Below are positions 19,321-28,947 of a DNA stretch of 64,000 nucleotides, in pieces (position 1 is the stretch's first letter; every line of letters starts with the position of its first letter). The notes below the pieces were generated by a model. That model saw only the letters and a list, made by a program, of their open reading frames with translations. It was not told where the DNA came from and did no database searches. Position numbers and translations under genes: made by a program. Origin of the DNA: Desulfuromonadaceae bacterium (GTDB taxonomy: Bacteria > Desulfobacterota > Desulfuromonadia > Geobacterales > Pseudopelobacteraceae); NCBI GenBank assembly GCA_036504875.1, contig DASXUK010000070.1:3483-67482 (forward strand), written 5' to 3'.

Positions 19321-19719
19321 TCAAGATGGAGTGGATTCCGTCTCAAGTACCTCTCTTATCGCAGCCGGCAGACGCCTTGCCTTAAATTGTGGATTTATAC
19401 AGGCCAATTTGACCAAGGAGTCAATCAGCAGCCGATTGTCTGACCTGCGCACAATCTGCTGTCGTAATGTAAATGATGAACCGCCGATTCGCTCGGGTTG
19501 GGTAAGGACAGTGATAAGATCGTCATGCAGGGCTGGCGCCTTGAAATCGATCTCAATACGCACCACTGGAAAGACAAATCCATCAGCGGCAAGCGCTGCT
19601 ACCGAGAAGCCACGGTCGCGAAAATATTCGCTGCGGGCGCGTTCTAAAAACTTAAGATAATTGGCGTGATATACAACACCGGCTGCATCGGTATCTTCAT
19701 AATAGATGCGAACATCCAT
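19321..19719 (-). CDS. ybgC: YbgC/4HBT-family acyl-CoA thioesterase (hotdog fold)
   Basis: 132 aa. RIYYEDTDAAGVVYHANYLKFLERAR signature. Confidence 0.75.
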   Translation of the reverse strand: MDVRIYYEDTDAAGVVYHANYLKFLERARSEYFRDRGFSVAALAADGFVFPVVRIEIDFKAPALHDDLITVLTQPERIGGSSFTLRQQIVRRSDNRLLIDSLVKLACINPQFKARRLPAAIREVLETESTPS

Positions 19720-19721
19720 TG

Positions 19722-20447
19722 CTATTTCAATTTCATATTAAGCGTCTGAATTCTGCCTGAATTCAGGAATCTGAGCTGTAAGCGTAATTCCTTGGCGGTT
19801 TCGGCCTCGCTTGGGAAAAAAATGAAGCCGCTGGCCAGTGTATCGTTTGCCATTGTCTTTCCTTCAACTCCCTTTTCGCGGACATCTTCAGAAATCCGAT
19901 ACTGCCGTTCCCGATCGTCACCAGCCTTGCCGGCACCACCGATCACGCCACCACCGGCGCCCCCAAGCACGCCACCTTTTAGCACCGCCGTTCCAACGCC
20001 ACGTCCGGAAACTATCCCAATGGCCAGCCCCAAGACCGCTCCGGCAGCAGCACCCAGGGCTGCTCCCTTAGCCGCGCCACCACCAACTGATGCTGCTTGG
20101 GTAGCCTTGTCAACCCGGTCCATAGCCTCACGATTTGTAAGGACCTTCCAGTACCGGTTGGAGGCATCGATCAAAAAGGTTTGGCCGGCAACAACCTCTA
20201 TTGCTTGGCCGCTTTTATTGTCCAAGGCCAATTGGACCGGTAACACTCCCGCGCCCTGAATATCAAAGCCAAAGGCATCTTCGGCCTTTTTCGCTTCTGC
20301 ATAGGCTTCAGCCCCAACAATTAACCCACCTGCGTCCTGGTAGTTGGAATAATCTTGAGGTGGACGAAAAGATACTGCCCGTCTCTCATAAGTAGCGCAG
20401 GCAGAAAGATGTGCCGCAATGAGCAATATGCAGAATAGTTTCTTCAT
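19722..20447 (-). CDS. lipoprotein with glycine-zipper C-terminal region
   Basis: 241 aa. Lipobox LSAC after the signal peptide, and a Gly/Ala-rich zipper (GGGAAKGAALGAAAGAVLGLAIGIVSG...). Confidence 0.6.
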   Translation of the reverse strand: MKKLFCILLIAAHLSACATYERRAVSFRPPQDYSNYQDAGGLIVGAEAYAEAKKAEDAFGFDIQGAGVLPVQLALDNKSGQAIEVVAGQTFLIDASNRYWKVLTNREAMDRVDKATQAASVGGGAAKGAALGAAAGAVLGLAIGIVSGRGVGTAVLKGGVLGGAGGGVIGGAGKAGDDRERQYRISEDVREKGVEGKTMANDTLASGFIFFPSEAETAKELRLQLRFLNSGRIQTLNMKLK

Positions 20448-20676
20448 TGACTTCCCCCATCTCTGATACTCGAGAGTTATCTATTCACTTTAGTGCAGAA
20501 TGACCCGGTCTGCAACTTCATTCTAATAAAAAACCGCCGACCAGGGTGCTTTTTGCAATGAGCCCTCCAAATTCTCCCTAGAATTGATTTTCAGATATTA
20601 GGGAGGGAAAGGCATGGCTAACAACGCAAAACCTGATCAAACAGGCTAATTTTAATTTCAACTCCTAAACGCCCAT

Positions 20677-21330
20677 TCAGTGCGGCCTCAGGCTTCTGAT
20701 CACAATGAGATTACGTTCGCCTTTGTTGAGCGGTAAAAAATAAGGCAGAATTGCCGAAATTTCGAATCCCTTTTTCAGCAGCCCTGCCTCGACTTTACTT
20801 AACTCATCAATCGCAGCTGGTCCCTTCATAGCAATCATGCGTCCCCCCTCAGCGAGAAGAGGAGCGGCGAAGTCGACAAATTGATCAAGCTGCGAAAATG
20901 CACGAGAAGTAATTACATCAAAGCGTTGTGCATGGGTAGCCGGCATTTTTTCAACTCTTACGTGCAAAGCTTCGAACTTTTTGAATTTCAAGATGCGCGA
21001 GACATGTTTTTGAAAAAGAATTTTTTTGTTAACGGCATCGACTGATACAATTTCAGCATCCGGCTTGACTATTTTCAAGGGTATCGCCGGAAATCCGGCT
21101 CCAGAACCTATGTCCAGTACGTTTTCACCTTCTTTAATAAGATTGGCAATTACTATCGAGTCGAGTAGATGCTTTGCCACAATATCTTCGTCCGAGGTTA
21201 TGTTGGTCAGGTTAACCTTGTGATTCCATTTTTTGAGTTCGTCGGTAAAAATTTCAAATTGCAAAATTTCTTCTTCACAGATATCCAGACCCAACTCCTG
21301 CAAACCCAATTTTAGCAAAGGCCTAATCAT
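20677..21330 (-). CDS. rsmG: 16S rRNA (guanine527-N7)-methyltransferase
   Basis: GidB-family SAM methyltransferase (VLDIGSGAGFPAIPL). The start is chosen at the ATG at 21328-21330, which overlaps the mnmG stop (ATGATTAG). The ORF track extends to 21369. Confidence 0.9.
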   Translation of the reverse strand: MIRPLLKLGLQELGLDICEEEILQFEIFTDELKKWNHKVNLTNITSDEDIVAKHLLDSIVIANLIKEGENVLDIGSGAGFPAIPLKIVKPDAEIVSVDAVNKKILFQKHVSRILKFKKFEALHVRVEKMPATHAQRFDVITSRAFSQLDQFVDFAAPLLAEGGRMIAMKGPAAIDELSKVEAGLLKKGFEISAILPYFLPLNKGERNLIVIRSLRPH

Positions 21331-23230
21331 GCGCGTCACCATGTGAAGCCGGGATATTTTTCCAAGCACCGGCTTTGAGGGCTATCGACAGCACCGTTAT
21401 TGCAGCCGGGGTAACCCCTGGAATACGCGATGCTTGACCCAAGGTATCTGGCCGAACTCGGCTGAACTTCTCGCGCACTTCGGTGGTCAGGCCGGTGATT
21501 GAGAAGTAATCCAGTCCTTCCGGCAACAAGGTACTCTCCAGCTTGCGTGCCCGATCCACCTGTTCCTGCTGGCGCTCGATGTAGCCTTTATATTTAACCT
21601 GAATCTCGACCTGTTCGCGCACGTCACGCGGTGTTTCACGTGAAACATCATCGATAGACGACAGTTCACTATAGGTGATCTCGGGCCGTTTGAGTAACTG
21701 CTCCAGCGTGATGCCCTTTTGAATATCCTTCAAACCGATGTCTTTAAGGGTTTCCTGCTGAGAAGGAGTCATTGCTGGACGAAACGACAGGATGCGGGCA
21801 CATTCCGCCTCAATCATTTGGCGCTTGTTGACAAACTGAAGATAAACCTCTTCCGGTACCAAGCCAACGGCGTGCCCTTGTTCCCTGAGCCGCAGGTCGG
21901 CGTTATCCTCCCTTAATAACAGACGATACTCGGCCCGCGAGGTAAACATCCGGTAAGGTTCTTTGGTGCCGAGAGTGATCAGATCATCGATCATCACACC
22001 GATATAGGCTTCACTTCGATCTAGAATAAGAGCTGGTTTACCCTTGACCCGAAGAGCCGCATTTATACCGGCCATAAGGCCTTGTGCAGCAGCCTCTTCA
22101 TAACCGGAAGTACCATTAATTTGTCCGGCATGATAAAGATTGCGGAATTTTTTGGTTTCCAGAGAGGTGTGCAGCTGAATCGGATCGACATAATCATATT
22201 CAATGGCGTAGGCCGGACGCATAATCTCGACCAACTCCAAACCTACAATGGAACGATAAAAAGGTATCTGGATATCAATCGGCAGTGAAGTCGACATGCC
22301 ACTGGGATAAACCTCGACAGTATCCAGACCCTCGGGTTCGATAAAGGTCTGGTGACGCTCCTTATCCGGGAAGCGTACTACTTTATCTTCTATTGAAGGG
22401 CAGTAACGAGGACCGATCCCTTCAATGATGCCGGCGTACAACGGCGAACGATCCAGTCCGGAGCGAATGATCTCATGGCTGCGGGGATTGGTATAGGCGA
22501 TATGGCAGGGCACTTGCGGCATAGTGATACGTTCAGTAGTAAAAGAGAAGGGTATTGGCGGATCATCCCCGTATTGCGGCTCCAGCTTTGAGAAATCAAT
22601 TGTACGACTGTCAAGGCGGGCCGGAGTACCGGTCTTCAATCTGCCAACCTCAAGTCCGAGATCGCGAAGCTGGTCGGAAAGGCCAACAGAGGGTAGGTCA
22701 CCGGCGCGTCCGCCAGGGTAGTTGTTAAGTCCGATATGGATCAACCCACGCATAAAGGTACCGGTGGTCAGAACCACAGTCTTACCTAAAAAGCGAATTC
22801 CTGAACGGGTATCCACACCGCGAAGTTCGCCTGCTTCAAAAAATAGCGCCGTTACCTCGCCCTGCTTAAGGAAAAGGTTGTCCTGCTGTTCCAAAACACG
22901 CTTCATCCGCAAGCGATAAAGCTGCTTATCGGCCTGGGCTCGAGACGCCCTGATAGCCGGGCCTTTACGTGTGTTCAGGATACGGAACTGGATGCCGGTC
23001 TCATCGATATTTTTGCCCATCTCTCCACCCAGGGCATCGATCTCCTTAACCAGATGACCCTTGGCTGAGCCGCCAATGGCAGGGTTGCATGACATCAGTG
23101 CCACAGCATCCAGATTAATTGTAAGAAGCAGGGTAGAGCAGCCCATGCGGGCACCTGCCAAGGCAGCTTCACAGCCGGCATGGCCGGCCCCTACTACAAT
23201 AACATCATAATCTTGTTGATAGGTCATCAT
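21323..23230 (-). CDS. mnmG: tRNA uridine 5-carboxymethylaminomethyl modification enzyme
   Basis: 635 aa. FAD motif VIVVGAGHAGCEAA. Full-length GidA pattern. Confidence 0.97.
   Translation of the reverse strand: MMTYQQDYDVIVVGAGHAGCEAALAGARMGCSTLLLTINLDAVALMSCNPAIGGSAKGHLVKEIDALGGEMGKNIDETGIQFRILNTRKGPAIRASRAQADKQLYRLRMKRVLEQQDNLFLKQGEVTALFFEAGELRGVDTRSGIRFLGKTVVLTTGTFMRGLIHIGLNNYPGGRAGDLPSVGLSDQLRDLGLEVGRLKTGTPARLDSRTIDFSKLEPQYGDDPPIPFSFTTERITMPQVPCHIAYTNPRSHEIIRSGLDRSPLYAGIIEGIGPRYCPSIEDKVVRFPDKERHQTFIEPEGLDTVEVYPSGMSTSLPIDIQIPFYRSIVGLELVEIMRPAYAIEYDYVDPIQLHTSLETKKFRNLYHAGQINGTSGYEEAAAQGLMAGINAALRVKGKPALILDRSEAYIGVMIDDLITLGTKEPYRMFTSRAEYRLLLREDNADLRLREQGHAVGLVPEEVYLQFVNKRQMIEAECARILSFRPAMTPSQQETLKDIGLKDIQKGITLEQLLKRPEITYSELSSIDDVSRETPRDVREQVEIQVKYKGYIERQQEQVDRARKLESTLLPEGLDYFSITGLTTEVREKFSRVRPDTLGQASRIPGVTPAAITVLSIALKAGAWKNIPASHGDAHD
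21632..21647. other. parS: parS centromere-like site (inside mnmG coding sequence)
   Basis: Exact 16-bp palindrome TGTTTCACGTGAAACA, matching the canonical parS consensus tGTTNCACGTGAAACa. Confidence 0.75.
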
Positions 23231-23248
23231 CGATAAAAACCATCCAAA

Positions 23249-23264
23249 TGTTTCACGTGAAACA
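23249..23264. other. parS: parS centromere-like site (mnmE-mnmG intergenic)
   Basis: Second exact copy of TGTTTCACGTGAAACA, here part of the 18-bp palindrome ATGTTTCACGTGAAACAT in the 36-bp gap. Confidence 0.75.
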
Positions 23265-23266
23265 TG

Positions 23267-24637
23267 TTATTTGCCGATACAGAATGAAGAAAATATCAGA
23301 TCCAGCACCTCATCGTTAGTGGTCTGACCGGTAACTGATCCTATTGCGGATAAAGCCTCACGCAGATCAATTGCCAATAGCTCAAGGTTGGCCCCAACTT
23401 TAAGTCCGTCCTTAACCTGGCCAAGAATTACATCGGCTGCACTCAAGGCATCGCGATGCCGGGCACGGGATATGGTGACAAATTCGCGGCTGTCTGACAT
23501 GTTCTGATGAAGGAAGCTGGTCCTTACCGCTTCTTTTAACTTGTCAACACCTGCGCCGGTATTGGCAGATATATCACACTTCTCCCAGACACCAAATGCA
23601 GCCGGGATATCAATAACCGGTGGCAAATCGCTTTTATTGGTTACCAATATAACCTTACTATTTGCCAGGGCTTCACAAATCAGTCGATCTTCGGAATCAT
23701 AGGGGCGCGAAGAGTCGACCACAAATAACACGAGGTCGGCCTGCGGGATCTCGTCAAGGGCACGATTAATACCTTCTTGCTCGATCATATCAGTGGTGTG
23801 ACGGATACCGGCGGTGTCCAGAAGCCGAACTGGAAGACCTCCCAAGTTTATAGTCTCCTCAATAATATCACGAGTGGTACCGGGTAAGTGGGTGACTATG
23901 GCACGGTTCTCGTTAAGCAAACGGTTAAGCAGGCTTGATTTGCCGGCATTAGGCTTACCAATAATGAGAACGGCGATCCCTTCCCGTAAAATACGACCCT
24001 CTTCAAAACCGGCCACTAAGCCGGTAATTATCTGTCGAGCACTATCAATGGCCGAACTGATTGCTACGGTATCTGCCGGCCCGATATCATCTTCAGGGAA
24101 GTCAATATACGCTTCGACAAGCGCCAGAGCATTTAACAAGAGTAGGCGTGCCTCAGAGATACTTTGCGAAAGCAGCCCGGCACGCTGGCGTTGGGCCAGC
24201 TTCAAAGCCGCCTCTGTCTGAGAACCGATGATATCCATGATCGATTCAGCCTGGACAAGATCGATGCGTCCGTTGAGAAATGCCCGTTTAGTAAACTCAC
24301 CCGGTTCGGCCAGGCGAGCGCCACTAGCAAGTGTTAAAGCCAGTACACGCTCAACCACCAGCATGCCTCCGTGACAGTGCAGCTCGAGGACATCTTCACG
24401 GGTATAGGAATGCGGGGCGCGCATCATTACGGCCATAGCCTCGTCAATCAGTTCATTACATTGTTGGTCCCAGATGGTGCCAAAATAAAGACGGTGGCTG
24501 ATTAGGCCACCGTCTTTCGCGGGTCTGAAGATAGTGTCGCCGATTATTTCAGCCTGAGGACCGCTAACACGGATGATTCCAATTCCGCCGTTTCCCGGAG
24601 GAGTACTGATTGCCGCTATTGTATCGCGGATATACAT
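23267..24637 (-). CDS. mnmE: tRNA modification GTPase
   Basis: 456 aa. G-domain [22 protein letters not shown], and the C-terminal CIGK motif. Confidence 0.96.
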   Translation of the reverse strand: MYIRDTIAAISTPPGNGGIGIIRVSGPQAEIIGDTIFRPAKDGGLISHRLYFGTIWDQQCNELIDEAMAVMMRAPHSYTREDVLELHCHGGMLVVERVLALTLASGARLAEPGEFTKRAFLNGRIDLVQAESIMDIIGSQTEAALKLAQRQRAGLLSQSISEARLLLLNALALVEAYIDFPEDDIGPADTVAISSAIDSARQIITGLVAGFEEGRILREGIAVLIIGKPNAGKSSLLNRLLNENRAIVTHLPGTTRDIIEETINLGGLPVRLLDTAGIRHTTDMIEQEGINRALDEIPQADLVLFVVDSSRPYDSEDRLICEALANSKVILVTNKSDLPPVIDIPAAFGVWEKCDISANTGAGVDKLKEAVRTSFLHQNMSDSREFVTISRARHRDALSAADVILGQVKDGLKVGANLELLAIDLREALSAIGSVTGQTTNDEVLDLIFSSFCIGK

Positions 24638-24653
24638 GAGCTACTCCTTGCTG

Positions 24654-26288
24654 CTAATCCTTGACCAGTTTATTGATATACATTTGCTGGCCGATAGTAA
24701 GTATGTTGTTGACCAGCCAGTAAAGAACCAAACCGGAGGGGAAACCGAGAAACATGAATGTGAAAACAACCGGCAGGGCCAGCATCATTTTCTGTTGCAC
24801 CGGATCCATCTGGGAAGGGGTCATCTTTTGCTGAACAAACATAGAGGCACCCATGAGCAGAGGCAACGGGCCTATTACAAATGGTAGATGCAACAACTGA
24901 CCAAACAAATTATCTGGACCAGCCAGATCGGTGATCCACAGGAAAAACGGGGCGTGTCTCAGTTCGATAGAAAACATCAGCGCTTTATAAAGGGCGAAAA
25001 AGACCGGGATCTGTACGACCATCGGCAGGCAGCCGCCGAGAGGATTAACCTTGTGGTCTCGATAAAGTTCCATGACCGCCTTGTTCATGGCATCGCGATC
25101 ATTTTTATGTTTCTCTTTCAGTTCAGCCATCTTGGGCTGGATCTTCTGCATACCCTTCATGGACTTGTAGCTTTTATGGGTCAGCGGGAAAAAGAACAGC
25201 TTAAGAATGACCGTGATGATGATTATTGCGACCCCATAATTACCAACGTAGCCGTAGAAAAATTTAAGAGAGTAAAGAAGCGGTTTGGCAATGACCGTAA
25301 ACCAGCCCAGATCCAGGGACTGTTCCAGAGAATTACCTTGCGCCTTGAGTATGTCAATGTCCTTGGGACCGACAAAAAGACGCTGCGCTACAGTCGCTGA
25401 CTGACCGGGATTTACAACGATTTGGGGAGAGGAGGCGACTGACTCCAGGAAGCCAGCCGCATTCTTTTTAAGTTCTACAGAAGCAATGCTGTTTTTCTCT
25501 GACAAAAGGGCTGTCATGAAGTACTTGTCGGCAAAACCGTCCCAGAGAATTGTTTTATCGTATTTTTTAGATACTGCTGCCACATCCTTAACCTTGTCGG
25601 TTTTTAAACTGTTATCGGTGAATATATAAAAACCAGCAGTGTCGAAGCGGTTGTCCTTGACCTTTGGTTCAGCCGGGTAGGTCATAACCTGCTGAATAGA
25701 TCCGGTAAGCGCAGCAGCAGAATTATTGATTACCTGGGTGTCCAGTTTAATGGCATAGGAATTACCGGCAAAACTATAGATTTTACGAACTGTGAAACCT
25801 TGCCCGGAGACATAATTGAAGATCAGTTGTCGGTTCTCACCGTTTTTCAGAGAGACCTTATCTGCATCCGCTACATAAACTGCACTCTCCGGAAGATTAA
25901 AGCCGGTAGCGCGTGTAGCAAAGTTGAAGATTGCCGGATCCGCATTTGCGCCAAGAACAACCGGATTAGCAGGCGGCGTTATCTGCTCACGATATTTTTT
26001 TAGAGTCAGGCTTTTCAGACTGGCTCCACGGGAGGAAAAAACAGCCGTAAAAAGTTCGCTTTCCACTACGACATCTTTTTGTACTACCGTGGTTGGTACT
26101 GTGCTGGCTGTAGCAGATGCCGCTGTGCCATCTTGCTGAGACACCGGCGGGACAGATGAAGCTGTTGAAGAAGCAGATGGGGCGGTGGCCGGTATCTGGG
26201 TCGGCTTTTTTTCAGGGCCGAAAAACGTGGAAAAAATGTAGAAAACTGCTATTGAAAGAATCACTGCTAAAAAGGCACGTTTTTCCAT
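24654..26288 (-). CDS. yidC: membrane protein insertase
   Basis: 544 aa. N-terminal TM helix, large periplasmic domain and a conserved C-terminal 5-TM core ([14 protein letters not shown]). Confidence 0.95.
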   Translation of the reverse strand: MEKRAFLAVILSIAVFYIFSTFFGPEKKPTQIPATAPSASSTASSVPPVSQQDGTAASATASTVPTTVVQKDVVVESELFTAVFSSRGASLKSLTLKKYREQITPPANPVVLGANADPAIFNFATRATGFNLPESAVYVADADKVSLKNGENRQLIFNYVSGQGFTVRKIYSFAGNSYAIKLDTQVINNSAAALTGSIQQVMTYPAEPKVKDNRFDTAGFYIFTDNSLKTDKVKDVAAVSKKYDKTILWDGFADKYFMTALLSEKNSIASVELKKNAAGFLESVASSPQIVVNPGQSATVAQRLFVGPKDIDILKAQGNSLEQSLDLGWFTVIAKPLLYSLKFFYGYVGNYGVAIIIITVILKLFFFPLTHKSYKSMKGMQKIQPKMAELKEKHKNDRDAMNKAVMELYRDHKVNPLGGCLPMVVQIPVFFALYKALMFSIELRHAPFFLWITDLAGPDNLFGQLLHLPFVIGPLPLLMGASMFVQQKMTPSQMDPVQQKMMLALPVVFTFMFLGFPSGLVLYWLVNNILTIGQQMYINKLVKD

Positions 26289-26310
26289 AAAAGCTCCATT
26301 GTGCTGTCAA

Positions 26311-26523
26311 TTAAGGTACGGGATCATATCCGCCAGGGTGAAAAGGATGGCATTTAAAAAGCCGAAGCAGGGAAAGCCAACCACCCCTGATCAGCCCATG
26401 CCGTAAAATGGATACCCGGGAATACTCGGAACAGGAGGGATAGAAGCGACAAGCCGGGGGAAGAAGCGGCGAAAGCATCTTCTGATACAGCTTGATTACA
26501 AGGAGCGCGGTGCTCTTGAGCAT
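26311..26523 (-). CDS. yidD: membrane protein insertion efficiency factor
   Basis: 70 aa. CRFYPSCSEY and GGYDPVP signatures. Confidence 0.92.
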   Translation of the reverse strand: MLKSTALLVIKLYQKMLSPLLPPACRFYPSCSEYSRVSILRHGLIRGGWLSLLRLFKCHPFHPGGYDPVP

Positions 26524-26900
26524 GAGGGTTTGCCGATAAATCTGAATGCCTTTTCAAGTTCCCTTTGAACAGAGGGAAAATCCATGGTTGCTGAATCACG
26601 TCGAGCAATGACATTCATGTCAACAGATGGTAAAAGTTGCCGGTTATGTCTGAAAATCTCTCTAATGTAGCGCTTCAGGCGATTGCGGGTAACAGCGCAA
26701 CCAACTTTTTTGCTTACAGTAACTCCAAGACGTGCTTGAGCCTGCTCACTGACCTGCCAGACCAATAAAAAACCCTTGACTGTGATCTTGTCAGTAGAGC
26801 CTGATAGTCTTAAAAAATCAGCGCGTTTCCGCAAGCGCAGAGACTTGGGAAACGTGCTGTTAAGACTTGCCCCATCAATACAGGAATTACTTGGCTGCAA
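26496..26900 (-). CDS. rnpA: ribonuclease P protein component
   Basis: 134 aa basic protein ([21 protein letters not shown]) in the rpmH-rnpA-yidD order. The start is uncertain, because the listed start overlaps rpmH by 14 nt. Confidence 0.85.
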   Translation of the reverse strand: MQPSNSCIDGASLNSTFPKSLRLRKRADFLRLSGSTDKITVKGFLLVWQVSEQAQARLGVTVSKKVGCAVTRNRLKRYIREIFRHNRQLLPSVDMNVIARRDSATMDFPSVQRELEKAFRFIGKPSCSRAPRSL

Positions 26901-27036
26901 TGCGAACTGAGAGATTTTTGCGACCCTTAGCCCTTCTGCGCTTGATCACAAGACGACCGTTCTTAGTGGCCATCCTCACCAAAAATCCATGGGTACGTTT
27001 ACGGGAAGTATTACTTGGCTGAAATGTTCTTTTCAT
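26887..27036 (-). CDS. rpmH: 50S ribosomal protein L34
   Basis: Not in the ORF track (49 aa). Hand translation gives [49 protein letters not shown], the canonical L34 sequence. Confidence 0.95.
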   Translation of the reverse strand: MKRTFQPSNTSRKRTHGFLVRMATKNGRLVIKRRRAKGRKNLSVRIAAK

Positions 27037-27180
27037 ATCAACACCTCTAATAAAATTTTACAGGAAATGAGTTATTAACCATAGCTGCTGGGTCTTGTCA
27101 AGCAAATTATTATCTTGTCTGTTCAGCCCTTCCAATTGTTTTGCCTTGTAAAATAGCACAGCCTCTGATAATCTTCTGCT

Positions 27181-27354
27181 TCCTGAAAAGTGTTTTTTTT
27201 TGAATTAATCGTTGTAAACTTTTGTTTTTATTATAAAAAAAGTTATCAACAGATGTTGAAAATCATGTTAATAACTTATCAGTAAATTTTATAAAAGTAT
27301 ATCTTAAACCTACGTATAATACTGATATTTTTTCAAAGATGAAGGTGTTGATAA
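27181..27354. promoter_or_regulatory. AT-rich tract plus DnaA-box cluster upstream of dnaA (oriC part or dnaA autoregulation)
   Basis: TTATCAACA at 27243-27251 (+), TGTTAATAA at 27266-27274, and TGTTGATAA at 27346-27354 (the reverse complement of TTATCAACA). These follow a very AT-rich stretch at 27181-27240 (tgtttttttttgaattaatcgttgtaaacttttgtttttattataaaaaaa). Confidence 0.55.
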
Positions 27355-27381
27355 CTCCTCGTTAACCAAAGCTATAATGAA

Positions 27382-28740
27382 ATGATTCCTATGCAAGAAG
27401 CCTGGCAGCAAGCCATTGAAAATCTGGAAAAAGTTTTATCTGAGCGCGATTTTACGACCTGGATCAAACCGATTCTCTTTAGCCATCATGATGCAGATTC
27501 CATCTATCTTTCTGTACCAACCTTGTTTTTTAAAGAATGGCTGGAGGAGCATCACCAAAAGGTGCTGGTTGATGCTGTCTCAAAAACAGCTGGCTGCAAT
27601 GTCTCGATAAGTTTCGTCATCCTTGAAAATGACGCCGAATATGAAACAATCTTACCGGAAGATTTGATAATCAAGGGTCACCAGGAGATAGAACCCAACA
27701 AAGGCCCGGTCGAATATGCCTTTACCCCGCTCAACAACAAGTATACTTTTGATTTGTTCGTCAGCGGTACGGGTAATCAGTTTGCGCATGCAGCTGCCAT
27801 GTCTGTGGCAAATAATCCGGCTGACACCTATAACCCGCTATTCATCTATGGTGGTGTAGGGCTTGGTAAGAGCCATCTGCTCAATGCCATCGGACATACC
27901 ATCCGGTTGAATTCACCTGAAAAAAACGTGTGTTATTGTTCAGCTGAAAAATTCATGTATGAGATGGTCAATCATCTGCGGCTCAAAAAGATGGACATGT
28001 TTAGAAGCCGCTTCAGAAACGTGGATGTGCTGCTTATTGATGATATCCAGTTTATATCTGGTAAAACCGGTACGCAGGAAGAATTTTTTCATACTTTTAA
28101 TGCGCTTCATGAGGCGCACAAGCAGATTGTTATTACTTCCGATAAATTTCCAAGAGAAATTTCGGATTTAGAAGAGCGCCTTAGATCCCGGTTTGAATGG
28201 GGTCTTATTGCGGACATCCAGCCGCCAGATTTGGAAACAAAGATAGCCATCCTCAAGAAAAAATCGGAACTTTTTAGAATCAACCTACCGGATGATGTTG
28301 CCTATTTTCTTGCCTCAAGTGATACCCGCAACATCCGGGAACTGGAAGGCATGTTGATCCGGCTAGGTGCTTTCAGCAGCCTTCAGAGCATACCCATCAC
28401 ACTGACTATGGCCAAGGAGAGCCTGAAGGATATATTGGGCGACAGACGGAAGGATATCACCGTCGAGCTTATTCAAAAAGCTACAGCAGATTATTTTGGT
28501 TTAAAAACTGTGGATTTGAAATCAGACAAGCGGCTTAAAAATTTCGTTCAAGCCCGTCAAATAGCAATCTGGCTTTGCCGTGATTTAACAAAGGCCTCCT
28601 ATCCGGATATTGGTTCACGTTTTGGTGGCAAGGATCATTCTACTGTAATTTATGCAACAAAAAAAATAGAGAAAGCTCTAAAAGAAGATCACAAACTCGC
28701 TAAATTTATTGATGAAATCAAACATAATTTACTTAAGTAA
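27382..28740 (+). CDS. dnaA: chromosomal replication initiator protein
   Basis: 452 aa. AAA+ Walker A GGVGLGKSHL, box VII, and the C-terminal DNA-binding signature (DHSTVIYATKKI). Confidence 0.98.
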   Translation: MIPMQEAWQQAIENLEKVLSERDFTTWIKPILFSHHDADSIYLSVPTLFFKEWLEEHHQKVLVDAVSKTAGCNVSISFVILENDAEYETILPEDLIIKGHQEIEPNKGPVEYAFTPLNNKYTFDLFVSGTGNQFAHAAAMSVANNPADTYNPLFIYGGVGLGKSHLLNAIGHTIRLNSPEKNVCYCSAEKFMYEMVNHLRLKKMDMFRSRFRNVDVLLIDDIQFISGKTGTQEEFFHTFNALHEAHKQIVITSDKFPREISDLEERLRSRFEWGLIADIQPPDLETKIAILKKKSELFRINLPDDVAYFLASSDTRNIRELEGMLIRLGAFSSLQSIPITLTMAKESLKDILGDRRKDITVELIQKATADYFGLKTVDLKSDKRLKNFVQARQIAIWLCRDLTKASYPDIGSRFGGKDHSTVIYATKKIEKALKEDHKLAKFIDEIKHNLLK

Positions 28741-28769
28741 CATTACCTGTGTAAAAGGCTGATAAAAAC

Positions 28770-28887
28770 TGTTAATAACTTTTTAGCTGTTGATAACCAG
28801 CTTTTATAAGCTGAAGTCATCCACAGGCCTGACAAGAGAAAAAATGCGGGAGTTCATAGCGATAGGAAGTTATTACCCATATCCACA
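28770..28887. promoter_or_regulatory. DnaA-box cluster in the dnaA-dnaN spacer (candidate oriC core)
   Basis: TGTTAATAA at 28770-28778, TGTTGATAA at 28788-28796, TCATCCACA at 28817-28825 and ATATCCACA at 28879-28887. That is four 9-mers within 1-2 mismatches of TTATCCACA in a 207-bp non-coding spacer. Confidence 0.55.
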
Positions 28888-28947
28888 GGACCAACAAGAA
28901 CAACAAGCTTTTATATCTTTATAAAACTATATAGTAAGGAGCGAGAC

